Positions 22,357 through 34,078 of a stretch of DNA of 64,000 bases are shown one piece after another (position 1 is the first letter of the stretch; each line of letters starts with the position of its first letter). Location of the stretch: contig OW569362.1 of the NCBI GenBank assembly GCA_937625935.1, forward strand, positions 124,001 through 188,000. The letters are read 5' to 3'. Origin of the DNA: Tetramitus jugosus. Taxonomy: Eukaryota > Protista > Heterolobosea. Made by a program: the position numbers and the translations under genes. Below the pieces are notes generated by a model. It searched no databases and was not told the origin of the DNA. It saw only the letters and a program-made list of their open reading frames with translations.

Positions 22357-24348
22357 CTAGGGTTGATCAACATTTGTTGTTGTCACAACATTGGGTGGTA
22401 ATGTTGGTTCGTTGGTTGATCCAAGGAATTGCTGGCCTAGTTCTTGTTTGGCCTGTTCAACTTCCTTCCGATACTCTTCTTCAATTTCTTGCAGTTCCTG
22501 GCTCGAAAGCACATAGGTAGAGCTAGGTTCATTTTTTGCAAGTTCGTCTCGAGTTGCCTCATGTTCTTGAGCCAGCGTGCTCTGCAATTTCTCAAGCATT
22601 TCATCCAATCGACTTAGATCTGTCACTGAATCATGACGATTCTTGGATGAATTCTCAAGGGATTTGACTTGCTTGCCCTCTCGTTCAAGCATTTCAGAGA
22701 AAATCTTCTTTTCATCACTGGATGTTCTCTCACTGAGATCATCACTCAATTCAACAAAACTAACAGATCCGTCGGCAGCTCCCACAGCAACATACTTTCC
22801 AACGCTCGATTTAATTGAATAGAGACCGTGATCACTGAGAGTAAGGCTGACAACTGGGCGTCCTTGATTGTGGCAATAATCCCAAACATCCATCGTGCCA
22901 TCCATCTTCGCAGTAAAGAATACTCCTGGTTTGAGAGGTGACCAACAACCAGATGTGAGATAAGATTCGTGGTATTTCGTCTCCATGATTGGAGACTTCC
23001 AGAGATCGTCATGCCAAATACGAGCTGTCCAATCACCAATTGATAAAAAGTATTTTGGTAAGAATGGACTTCTTTGTACACTGTAGACAGAACCGTGGTG
23101 ACCAAAATACATCCTTTCTGTTTTCTTCTTTGATTTTCTATTCCAACTTACTACCACTCCTTGTTCAGTGCCAATCAAGAATTTGGAAGTGGAATAAGAT
23201 GTGTCATATTCCATAGATATAGCACCTAATATTGCCGATGTACCAACAGTGGCCCCTCCGGCACCACCCTCTTTTTGTTTGAGTGTATGTCGTTCAATCG
23301 GCTGCCCAAGGTTTCTTACGTCCCAAACAAGTATTAACCCATCTGTACTGACACTAACACACTCGTTATTATGCTTACTCTGAACCCACTTCATATCATA
23401 CACAGGATCCCGATGACTCACATGCATATGACTATAATCGACCGAGAAGCTCCCTCTTCGGGTATCAAAAAGGAAAATCGTACCATTGTAAGCTCCACCA
23501 ACGAGGCATGAAGTATCTTTTGGATTATAAGCAATGCATGTAAGGGGACTGGTAGGAGATAAGGTCATTTCTGGTTGATTGGGATTCTGCACATTCCAAA
23601 TATATGAATTCACTAGATCTATTTGATCCTCTGACTTCTTTTCGCTCTGTGGGGCGCAGTAAGAAACTGCGACTCGTGCAAAGTCGTTGGGATACCATGA
23701 AATACAAGATGCAGTCCTCTTTTGAATGAGAGATGAAGGATCCTTGAACACGGTCAAAATAGTGGCTGATGGTTTCTCGTATGACCAATCCATATCATCC
23801 TCATGATGGGAAACTTGATTTGTTGATGTATTTGGTTCGTTTTCTTTACTTGTTCTGCTAGGATAATAATCTTGGTACATGTCGAGCGCAATATTTTGGT
23901 TCAAAACTCCAATAACAGGATCAGTTAGACATTTCAATGTTTTCAAGTATCCTTCCAGTTTTTCAATCTTCTTTTGGTATTGAGTCTTACTTCCTAGATC
24001 CATCGGATTCACATTCTTTGGCCAACCACCTTCCAAGTGAATCATCCCTTGCGATTGATAATCTTTTGTCATAGTATTTGTCTTCATACATCAATTAAGA
24101 GGTGAGAATACAAGAAAATGAAGAAGCCTATTCTCACGAAGTGAAGTACTTACGAAATGCTCGGACTTATCAGGGATAGCTTGGATGGCCTTGTTAGAGA
24201 TTTTTCGTTCTACATATTGCTCACTCAGTAAGGCATTGGGTTTCGAGTTGATGAGTACCGTTACTTCAGTATCTTCAAATTGAACAGGTCTCCCAAAGTC
24301 AGTTCTTTTTTTCTGGTAGTAATTAATAATCGTTTCCTTGTAGTCCAT
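22357..24348 (-). CDS. DNAI2: Axonemal dynein intermediate chain 2 (IC2/IC69-like, WD40); intron ~24082-24153
   Basis: YQKKRTDFGR..F.D, GMIHLEGGWPK, SYIWNVQNPNQP, SHRDPVY, GHHGSVYSVQRSPF.PKYFLSIGDWTARIW and MLERE. Confidence 0.88.
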
Positions 24349-24399
24349 CTCGCTGATCTCACTGTTTTTATTGATTTATGGCGGGAGAAAATGAGCGCT

Positions 24400-26186
24400 T
24401 TAGTTCTTTTTACTTGTGCAGACCAACAAACAATTCTCAGGTGTGATATCACGATCACAATAGTACACTAGGTTTGCATCAAAGTTTTGTTGTTGAAGGT
24501 ATAGAATCCTACCATAGTCACTATTGTACATGGAATGTTAGTTCTAATTGGGTGATCACATAAAAACAAATGTCATGCATAAAGAACACTTACATGATTC
24601 GCTTGCACATAAATCCTAGCTCTATTCGATCTTGAATAGAAAAATTGTTCAGCGTATCACTTTCAGTCACATTTGCTTCTTGGTTCTTGAACTGACAGAT
24701 GGCCCAGCTCGTTAATAATTTAATTTGTTCGAACTCACGTCCGGTAAACCCGTGTTGTTCAAAGAATTTTTGATCTGAGAGGAAGAAATGCAATGAATTT
24801 CATGTTAGAATGAGTAGTACGAGTAATTATTTCATAGATCTGGCATTACTTACTAATATAGGAATTCCAGCTGCACTTGTGATGACAGCACAGAGCAATA
24901 AATAGGCCGGATACATCGCGTTTCGAGTCGGAATCATTGGTTTGGGTGACACATCTAAGTGTTAAATCAGTCGCGATACCACACAAATGTTTGCTTATCC
25001 CAGCACAAGGTCGATTGTTATGTTCAGTATTAATCTGATCAAAATAGAGATGAGCTATATCGATGAGAATGCGATTCACCTTGACAGACGAATCTGGTGA
25101 TACATTTCGATTTTCGGTCGTTCCTCTCTGTTCTGTGTATCTGATATTGTTGTCACATTTTCTCCTTTGATTCGATCTATCAATCAACACATACTCTTGC
25201 ACGGGATGTGTTGTTGCTACTGCTGATGCTTCTGCTGCATCTTTCTCTTGCTTTCTTCGCAAAAGAATTGCTTTTCTAATCATGTACGACAATTCGGCCT
25301 TGCCACATCCAAATTCAAAATAATCCATATCTTCTGACAAACAATTTTGATGCATCATGTGACCAATAATCGAGCATTGCTGTTTCATGTGCTTCACCTT
25401 TGACTGTGCATTTTGATCAGCCAATAATTTGCACAGTTCTGGCTCCTTGTAATCGAAAGGAATCTGTGAATCCAATCGCAACTTCCAATATAAATCCTTG
25501 ATTTTCGCTACTAGTTGCACAAAAGATTCCTGATCGATCGATTTTAACCACTGTCTGAGCATTGATTCCTGTAGTCTCAACTCCTTATCCTTATTTTCCT
25601 TCTCTTCATTATCATCTCCAACAGGATTGACATTTGCAACAACGGCAACATTGCTCCTTCCATGATTGTTACTCGTATTCTCATTTGCCTGATTCTTATC
25701 AAACAAATTCACATTTTCAACATAAAATGGCATGCTCATCCTTGTTTGATCTTGAATGGTCTTGTTGCACGATTTCACATGTTTCTTCAAATTTCTCGCA
25801 TAGATTGTGTGAGATGGATCAACAGGACAAGGTATTCTCTCCTTGTTCTTGGTACTCTTTTTCTTCTCTTTGTCTCCAACAGAAACAGCATCATCATTAT
25901 CATCCTTTTGCATTTCACTTGCATGAACAGGACAGTACAATAGAAACAAATTGCCTTTGTCATCTCCATTGCTGCTGCTTGTTGTTGATGAAAATGTAGT
26001 GGACGAACTTGCAAGTTGATTCCGACAATATCTACTCTTGCTCTTCACATAGTAGTGACAATGAGGAGTTGTCTGTTGTTGTTGTTGCTGGTCGGTTGTG
26101 GTTGCTTGGTGATGGTGATGCAACTTTGCCATTTTTATTGGTGGAGAGAGATCAATGGTATCATTTGTGCATTCTTGTGTTTGCAT
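24400..26186 (-). CDS. TRMT13: tRNA:m(4)X methyltransferase TRM13; introns 24775-24853 and 24521-24593
   Basis: CCCH finger (CHYYVKSKSRYC), RIPCPVDPSHT..HVKSC, EFGCGKAELS, SKHLCGIATDLTL, IALCCHHKC. The manually found last exon is IDYGRILYL...ITPENCLL. Confidence 0.9.
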
Positions 26187-26273
26187 TTCTGTTCTTCTTC
26201 AGTTGTTGTTGTTGTTTGAGTTGAATTTTGTTGTTCTTGTGTTTTTACTTTCTGTGCTTGCAGGGATCTTCTC

Positions 26274-28995
26274 TCAATGCACCAACCATCGTTTCCTTTC
26301 CTCTCCTCTGCACTTGCAAAAGTAGTTGTAAGAGGTCGTGTACTCTGAACAGATTCGAATAATGGCAAGAATCCAGAGATAGGCCACAGATGGAGCCAAG
26401 AACCAAGAATCGGCTCCATAGTACTTGAGGTGAGAGTAAGACACGAGACCTCCTCCGAATACAATCACGAGAGAAAGGATAGCTGTGCTCTTTGTGAGAC
26501 GTAAAAAGTGATACCTATCAATGAAAGGATACCATACTCTTCTCCATAGTCCTTGATTCTTCCAGAGCTCTTCATACTCCATGTCGGTGAGAACAACACC
26601 TCTCTCTGTTTTGATTGTCTTTGCGAAGTGAAGTTTCATCTGAAGCCTCATCATGTCATTATGAGCTGTACAGAGCATAACTGATGGAATGTAGATGAAT
26701 AGCACCAACGGAAATCCATATATGAGAGCCCCAAAAGTATGCAAAGTATGACCATACACTTCGATTCCCCACATGTAGGTAATCCCCCATTTCTGTTGGA
26801 TCAGCGGTCCATAGAAGACCGGTCCAGCAGGAATATACAGTGCTATGCCGAGCATCATAATGAACCACCAGTTTGACATGTGCATATATTTCCATGTGTG
26901 CCACATGAACGATTGAACAATCCAGTTCCATAGGGCTACTTGTGCCCTGAAGATGTTTCTAGAGAAGCCCTTGAGTGGCGAATCCTCATTCATAGAAGAG
27001 GTGGATATCGCTTTGGGTAGTAAGCTTGAACTCTCTGAAACTTGAAGGTGATTGGGCTCCGATGCAAGGGCTGGTACTACCTCTGGGTGAGCTATAGGGA
27101 AATTCAACTCCGACAGTGTGGTGCCGTAGTGTTGATCAGCTGTTGTAACTAAAGGGGTACAAGGAGTAGGTAATATTGAACTGACAACAGGTAAATGTTC
27201 ACTCTCAGCTATTTCTTCCATCAATTCCTTTGTTCCACACAATTCGTATATGTTTCTTTTCATCCTCGCTTTGAAGGAGAGGTAGTACTTCTGGTTGACC
27301 AAATTGAGAACAAGAAGGATCAGTTTCGGAAAAATGAGACAAACACATAGAGTGTACGCGTAGAAAATCGTGAAGATAAACAAGAAGAGCGCCTGCATAT
27401 TAACTGTCAATACGGTGTTCGAATATAAGGTTCCTAATCTTCTCGCTTTTCCTCCCAAATGAAACGTAAAGGACTCAGCTTTGTAGTTGCCCTGTGCATC
27501 TCGGACTATCATTCTAAACTTATGTCGGTCATCATCGAAGTCCTCCGGTTTCCACGAAAATTCAAATAAACCCTTTTGGTTCATTTTCACAGTTCCTGCA
27601 ATCGTGATTCCATCTATCATCGATACGATCTCTTTATCGTCAATAAAGATTTGAATTGTTGTAATGTTGGATGTGGAGAATATGAGAGACCTAATATGAG
27701 TACTTCGTCTCATTCTTTGCCACTTGTCTTTCTGTGACAAATGTTTGTCGTTCTTCGGGTTTGTGACTAGAACGAGAGGCCATTTACCCAATTTTGTGTC
27801 TATGAATGAGAATAAATCATTGTCGTACGCCATTAATCGATAGTAATTATGGAACATGAAGTCTCCAATCTCTAAATCTAGCATAAAATTGTTAGAATCG
27901 TGCATCTTAGCCAAATGCAGGTGACCCGACAAATACGCTGTCGGCCTCCATTCGTCCAGTATCTCATCCTCCAGTTTCTTTCTTCCGTTCCTCAGTGGAT
28001 GACCATATATATTTAACGTACTAAGTGGATAGTGCGACATTAGTATCGTATGATTGTCATTCTTGGTAATTTTGACTTGTTCCTTCAATCCAGTCATGAT
28101 TTCATCTGTGAGTAATCCATAGAAATTCATCGGAGCACTCATACCCACAGGAGGACAGGCATCGAATGCAACAAAACTATAAGTACTATTCTTTTTTGTT
28201 TTGTACGTGTAATTAATTACTCTCGCATATGGATCTGGTCTCAATGAACTGACACTGTAGTTAACAAAATAATTAAAGGGACTGTGAAGGTCGGGTACTT
28301 CGTAATTATCGTGATTACCTCTAAAATCGATCCAAAAATCGGGAGAGTACTTGGATCCCAAACTCTTGTGTAACATTTCAGAGTATCGTTGCCATTGTTC
28401 CTAAGTAAGTATGAATGAAGGAATGTTAATTAATTATTCTCGCTTCAGAAAAGATGAGGCTCTACCACAAACATACAGGTTCATTGTTCGATGGAGTAAT
28501 GGGGTTAAAGTATCCTGTTTGAAGCATTTGATCTGTGATATCACCTGTTACGAACACAAAGTGAGGATCAATTGACTTGAGATCGACTGTCAGGAATTGA
28601 TTGAATCGATCATAGACATGAGGAATATTTCTCGAGAGATGAAGATCAGAAATTTGCAAGAAGTACACCAGTTCTTCATTGTCAAAATGATAGGGAGTAG
28701 TATCATTGTATCCGTCATAAGGGATAACTTGAAAGTGTCGATTCTGGGTCAATAAACTAATTGTGCTTGACCCGATCAGGGCAAGAAGAACAACGAATAA
28801 CACGAGCCACAACAACAAAAAATGGACCGCGTTTTCTACGACACATATTCTCACGGCAGATTTTAGAGTTCTTCCTTCTGTGCCACAACAATAGAGGAGG
28901 TGTTGATAGAGAGAATTATTACTTCTCTTCTCGACACACCTTTCCTGTTCGATTCGATCATCATTCATGTCCAATGTTACATTGTTCTCTTCCAT
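26274..28995 (-). CDS. TMEM62: TMEM62-like metallophosphoesterase membrane protein; intron 28402-28476
   Basis: QISDLHLS, VTGDITD, RGNHD, SHYP, YLSGHLH, LEIGD, YRLMAYDND and WPLVLVTNP, plus multiple C-terminal TM segments. Confidence 0.85.
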
Positions 28996-29177
28996 TCTCA
29001 ATGTGTTTGTATTTTGTTTGGAAAAAGAAGCCTGCAGGAGATACAACGTTTTTAATGTGCCAGAAAAAAGAATTCCCACAGTTGACCAAAGCACAAAAAA
29101 AGGAGGGCCCACAGAAGAATTCTCCGAAGGTAACAACTTTATTCCTCAAGCATAACGGTTACAATTTGGATCCATAG

Positions 29178-30278
29178 CTATTTCTCAGTAACATCAAACA
29201 AAGCCCATCCAACAGAAGGAGAGAGTGTCATCCCATCTTCGGACTTTAAAGCACTCATGTGCCCAGCAAACATTTCAGTTTTGTATTCGATCCCATTGTC
29301 ATTGACAGCAATAGGAACATTCACATAACCCCTTGGAATATTGTCAGTGTCAACGATAGGCCAATCGCTTTCTTCAGCTCCGAAATCAGTCTCTACCTTG
29401 TTTGTTCCTTGCCATTGACCTCTGTCGTTGAAAACACAGAAAGTCGTAATCCAGCCAGACAGATAGCTTGGACCAGATCCTCCACCATGGTAGTTCACAA
29501 TACGATTCCACCACCTAAGATCAGGATTACCTTTTGCGGATTCAACAAACTGATCCAACACTGGAATCAAGACCTTGGTCCATCCAGTCATATACTTTTG
29601 CTCCAAATCGAATTCAAGCAGTTTGGTTGCTCTTTCTCTGATAGTTTCCCAATCTCTAACTTCTCCCAGTAACGTAACATTGGGAAGGCCACACAACATA
29701 TAAACCTTGTAATCAAAGTAACTTTTTGTTACGGACATCAACATCACGGCTGCCACCATTCTTTCATTCTCGGTTGTAGTGGAAAAGCTTGGCATGACCC
29801 ATTCTCTGATAGATGGGTCCTTAATCTTGTCTGCAATTTGATGAGTGAACTGCTTACAAATGTCCCTATAGTCGGCAGTATGTAAGTTAACTCCATCAAC
29901 ATAAACTGACAATTGCTTTTTGCCCTCGAAGTCAACAAATCTATGTCTCAACTGTTCTGAATGGCCATTCACATAATTTGAAAATTGGGTACAGATTGCA
30001 AGCCATACGTCATCAGGCTTGAGTGAAAGATTATGATGGCGAGAGTAGCAGGTAAGGGCTGTTCTTACAAATGAGTTTCCTCCTGAAGCAACAGTTCCTT
30101 GGTCCTCTGAGCATTTGATAAGACTATATGGACTCTTATCACTGGAATTTTCATTGGTCTTCATAGAAGAAAAGGGTGATCGGGACTGTCCCCCAGGGAG
30201 AATAGAGTTTAAAACGAATGGAGGTCTTTCGTCTTTTATTGGAGTGGGAGTTGTGCTGACCTTGAATGTGATTGTCAT
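29178..30278 (-). CDS. DUF4419-family protein
   Basis: [52 protein letters not shown]...DW and [13 protein letters not shown]. Start taken at MTITFKV (30278). Confidence 0.85.
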   Translation of the reverse strand: MTITFKVSTTPTPIKDERPPFVLNSILPGGQSRSPFSSMKTNENSSDKSPYSLIKCSEDQGTVASGGNSFVRTALTCYSRHHNLSLKPDDVWLAICTQFSNYVNGHSEQLRHRFVDFEGKKQLSVYVDGVNLHTADYRDICKQFTHQIADKIKDPSIREWVMPSFSTTTENERMVAAVMLMSVTKSYFDYKVYMLCGLPNVTLLGEVRDWETIRERATKLLEFDLEQKYMTGWTKVLIPVLDQFVESAKGNPDLRWWNRIVNYHGGGSGPSYLSGWITTFCVFNDRGQWQGTNKVETDFGAEESDWPIVDTDNIPRGYVNVPIAVNDNGIEYKTEMFAGHMSALKSEDGMTLSPSVGWALFDVTEK

Positions 30279-30453
30279 TTCGTTTTTTTTAATGGCTTGT
30301 GAGAGTTGGAGTTGTTTCGATAGTTTTTTAAAAAGAACTGTTCTTTTTCGTTGGAACCCGGAACCGGAACAGAACAACATGACAGATTTGTGTCCAAAGC
30401 TGTAAAACTGATCTGATCGGGAAGCCGCCACACTCAAAAAAAAACAGCCACCA

Positions 30454-31425
30454 ATGAGTCGACAGCAGAGCAACAATGGTATGGTGGTGTCACCACCTTT
30501 ATCCGCGCGCACACTGTTGCCCTTCATCCTTGGCATTCTATCCGTACTGTTCACATGGTACTTGCTCATTGTGTTTCTTCCATGTATCTCCTCATGGGGC
30601 TGGAATGTGCAACAACAACACGGACCAACCAATCGCAACAATCAACAACAATCCAAGTACTTGAACAGCAATTGCACGTGTAATTGCTGGGATGGAAAAT
30701 ACAAGGGAGTGTATGGACGCAGTTCTCCCATCACAGGATCCGAATATCAATTCATTTATTTCAACATGCAGAAACAAACGTGGTACTTGTTTGTGATCGT
30801 GGCACTGTATCTGTTGATGTCACACAAAATGTTTGAACAAATGTTTCGACTCTTGTTGAACAAGCAAGCCAATTATGTGTCTGTGCTCGTGCTGCTCACA
30901 ACCATTTATCCCTCGTGGTTCAACATGTGGACGCACTTTCATTTGATTAATGATCAATATCAGACAATGCATCATCGAGGAACAATTGCTTATCCCTTAG
31001 TTTTTACTCTTTCTGACTGGTTCATGTGCTGTGTCGTTGTGTACTTGTTGGATCATCGAATCGTGTCTCATGTGAAACAAGTGAGTGCTAGTTGTTTGAT
31101 GGTGAGTCATCGCAGCATGTGGTACTTGTGGTTGTGTCTATACATGGCACTGACCCATGTGTTTTACAGTGTCAAAAACAGAGATCAGGTGCGAATGATT
31201 CTGGGCACGGGTGTGTTTCAACATGTGAGACTCCGCAACACGGCACTCCTCCTGTCGCATCTCGCCATATGTGCACTCATGATAATCATGTTGAATGCCA
31301 AGTATCATTTGCAAAATTCAATGACATGGAGATCCATGATGAAACGACTGGTTGCATGCATGATTTTATCTGGATTCTCAGCCTTTATTTTGAACAGGAT
31401 TGTGATGCATTCGAATGAATTGTAA
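30454..31425 (+). CDS. Multi-pass membrane protein with a CxCxCWD motif (uncharacterised)
   Basis: 323-aa ORF with about 7 hydrophobic segments and the motif [14 protein letters not shown]...YQFIYFN. Confidence 0.65.
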   Translation: MSRQQSNNGMVVSPPLSARTLLPFILGILSVLFTWYLLIVFLPCISSWGWNVQQQHGPTNRNNQQQSKYLNSNCTCNCWDGKYKGVYGRSSPITGSEYQFIYFNMQKQTWYLFVIVALYLLMSHKMFEQMFRLLLNKQANYVSVLVLLTTIYPSWFNMWTHFHLINDQYQTMHHRGTIAYPLVFTLSDWFMCCVVVYLLDHRIVSHVKQVSASCLMVSHRSMWYLWLCLYMALTHVFYSVKNRDQVRMILGTGVFQHVRLRNTALLLSHLAICALMIIMLNAKYHLQNSMTWRSMMKRLVACMILSGFSAFILNRIVMHSNEL

Positions 31426-31434
31426 CCTTATTTA

Positions 31435-32598
31435 TTATTGTTGTTGTTGCTGCTGCTGCTGTTGATATTGTCTCATTGTGTGTTGCATTCGATTCATGAA
31501 ACCTCGCATCCAATTCATCAACTGATGATAGTAGCGAGTAACGATCGAAGGACAGGATGGATGAGTCAACAATTGATGCACTGTAGCACCCAAATCCTGA
31601 CACGTAGCTCTAAAGTGAGTGCTCATTGAATATCGAGCAGTCAAGAACTGGAACAGCATCACTGTTCTCATCAATTGAATATTGCCAAGGAAAATGTTGA
31701 ACACATGAGAGGCAAACAATAGAATCTCAATGCGAGCAATCATTTTCATCATTTGAGGATACGTTTCCTTGTTGGCAATAAAACGGAACCATTGTTTCAA
31801 TCGAATGGCAAGTGATTCATTGATGGACTGAATGTGCAACGGTACCAATTTGGACACCATAATGTTACACATCAGGCACAGTGACAGAACAATCAATAGG
31901 AACATGATGAGATAGGTGTGCGAAGATGATGTGAGAAACATGAGACACAATATCATGTACTGTCCATCCGAGTGTTTCAACATGTTCTTCAATGACGAAA
32001 ATGACAGTGCATTGACAGAAAAGTAGAAACTAGCAAATAGAACAATGGATGATAGGAGAGCTTGCTTGTAACACAGAGAGAACAGTGCATGAGTGGTGGA
32101 TCTACCAGTGAATGCACCAATGAATCCCACAATGGAAGTCACAAAAATCAAACTAGTCAACAAAAAGTGCTGTCCTGGTCTAGTGAACAACAAGCACTTG
32201 AGCAATGGTAGTAGGATCCATGATTGTTGTTGTTGTTGTTGATTATTGTTGTTGTTGCTACTACTACTACTACTATCGGTATTGTTGTTATTGTTGTTAT
32301 TATTATTGTTATTATTATTATTAGTGTTGTTAGTGTTGTTGTTGTTGGATGATGATGATGCAGATGATGATGAAGAAGAAGCATCAGTATTTGTACTATT
32401 CGTTGTGCTATTGTTATTATGACTCACATTGTTGATAAAATCCTGTGGCAGTTCAGCAATTCTTTGATTAAAGTATTTTCTCTTGAATTTTTCAATGAGA
32501 GATGCACTGATGGATGGAGAATCGAATCCACTTAGATTGTTCCTGTATGTGATCCATTGTTGATCATTGTCCCAATCATGTGCCAAGAATTGTTCCAT
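31435..32598 (-). CDS. TMEM33: TMEM33/Pom33-like ER membrane protein
   Basis: HDWDNDQQW...KFKRKYF N-terminus; poly-N linker; QYMILCLMFL, ARIEI, FQFLTARY and HPSCP. Confidence 0.7.
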   Translation of the reverse strand: MEQFLAHDWDNDQQWITYRNNLSGFDSPSISASLIEKFKRKYFNQRIAELPQDFINNVSHNNNSTTNSTNTDASSSSSSASSSSNNNNTNNTNNNNNNNNNNNNNNTDSSSSSSNNNNNQQQQQQSWILLPLLKCLLFTRPGQHFLLTSLIFVTSIVGFIGAFTGRSTTHALFSLCYKQALLSSIVLFASFYFSVNALSFSSLKNMLKHSDGQYMILCLMFLTSSSHTYLIMFLLIVLSLCLMCNIMVSKLVPLHIQSINESLAIRLKQWFRFIANKETYPQMMKMIARIEILLFASHVFNIFLGNIQLMRTVMLFQFLTARYSMSTHFRATCQDLGATVHQLLTHPSCPSIVTRYYHQLMNWMRGFMNRMQHTMRQYQQQQQQQQQ

Positions 32599-32735
32599 AT
32601 TGTATGTGTGATGTTGTTTGGATTTCTTGCAATAGTGATGATTTTCCGCGTGAAACTTTTTGAGCGCAGTATTGGATTACTCCGAAAAACAGAACGTTGA
32701 AAAACCCGCCTAAAAACGTGCTCACATGTGCAGGT

Positions 32736-33279
32736 GTGCAATGATGATGGATTCGATCATTGATCTTTGAATCATGGTTTCAAACACTATTCATCTGATG
32801 CATTTCATTGATCACCGTGATGTGATCATTATTGTTTGGTCACTTGGAGTGTGCATCTCACCTGGTTTCTCGGTTTCTGTTGTTGTTTCATGCTTTCAGG
32901 AGGTTGTTCCATGATGAATTCGGTGGGAAGACTTGTACGGCACTTGTATTATCTCTGATGAAAACTATTGCTTGTTGTTGTTGTTGTTGTGATTGCAATG
33001 ATGATCAAATTGGGTTAAGAGAAGAGATTGGTTGACAGAGATTGGTTACAATGTATGGCGTGGGTTCACTGATGTTGTGCAATTGTTATTTGCAATGGGT
33101 GATCAAAATGATTAGAGCTCTATGTGTCTGGAGTAATCACTTGTGATCCGGGGGAGCAGTGCTGATTATGATGAGACAAGGTGAATATTGTGTGAAGTGT
33201 GCTTGCGGTTGGTTATTGTAATTGTGGTAGTTGTCCTTGTTGTGAAGTGGCCTTGTTTAATCCATCGGTGAAGATTAGT
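32736..33279 (+). ncRNA. Candidate cluster of up to four box C/D snoRNAs
   Basis: C boxes ATGATGA at 32741, 32911, 32998 and 33168, each followed by a D box (CTGA 32795, 32955, 33069; GTGA 33268). Terminal stems: TGCA/TGCA, TTC/GAA, ATTGCA/TGCAAT, GCTGATT/GATTAGT. The region has no credible ORF. Confidence 0.55.
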
Positions 33280-34078
33280 TTGTTCATTCAATTAATTGAC
33301 ACCAGACCCAACCCTTAGTTGTCGATGATGCCAAGGTATTCTGTACTTTGGTATTCAAGTTATTGTAAGTGACAGAAGAGGTTTTTTGTGGAGAATTTTT
33401 CCTTACAAAAAAAATATCTTGCCTGAGTAGACAGACACTTACGCACACAATTATTACAAGAGTAATGGCCACAAACTTCTCCTCATCTTATTCTCGAATC
33501 GGCGCTCTCCCTTTCACTTGATTTGTCATTTTCCATCTGCAAAGAAACAATGTCAAACAGTGGGATATTGGCCAATCAGGACAGCCAGATGGTAGTAGTT
33601 CATCATTGTGACAAGTGATAGAAGAGTCTTGCTTGTGCTTGCTCAGTATCTCGATATCCCACCAATTCTGTTCGACTTACCTGAGCAGTTTTTGTTTTTC
33701 TTCGAGAAATTAGGCACACTCTTTGGGACCAATAATGTGATCGTGATGGCGATGGTGATTCGTAACTTTGAATAGTGGGTCCGTGTCCGTTCTGTGCGTT
33801 AATGGTGGTTGACTCTCTTTCTTTCGAGGTGAAGTTAAGGTTCATGACTGTATTCAGTTGCTCTGAAACGCGGAAGGCTGATCCGTGCCTTTCGAGGCTA
33901 ATCAGTAGGGGTTCGCTTCGTGTCCATCTGCGTGTGATGGGCAACTGTTTTGTTGTGGATCAGCACATTGATACTTCACTATCTCATGTCTTTTCGAGGT
34001 CTCCAACAACGCACGGTTCTAGACTTGAACCACCATTCGATTCACACACCAAACCTTTTTAATCAAAAGAACAGAAGT

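Noticed and set aside
33603-33944. 113-aa minus-strand ORF in the intergenic gap
   Set aside because: Non-ATG start, upstream stops and no recognisable motif.
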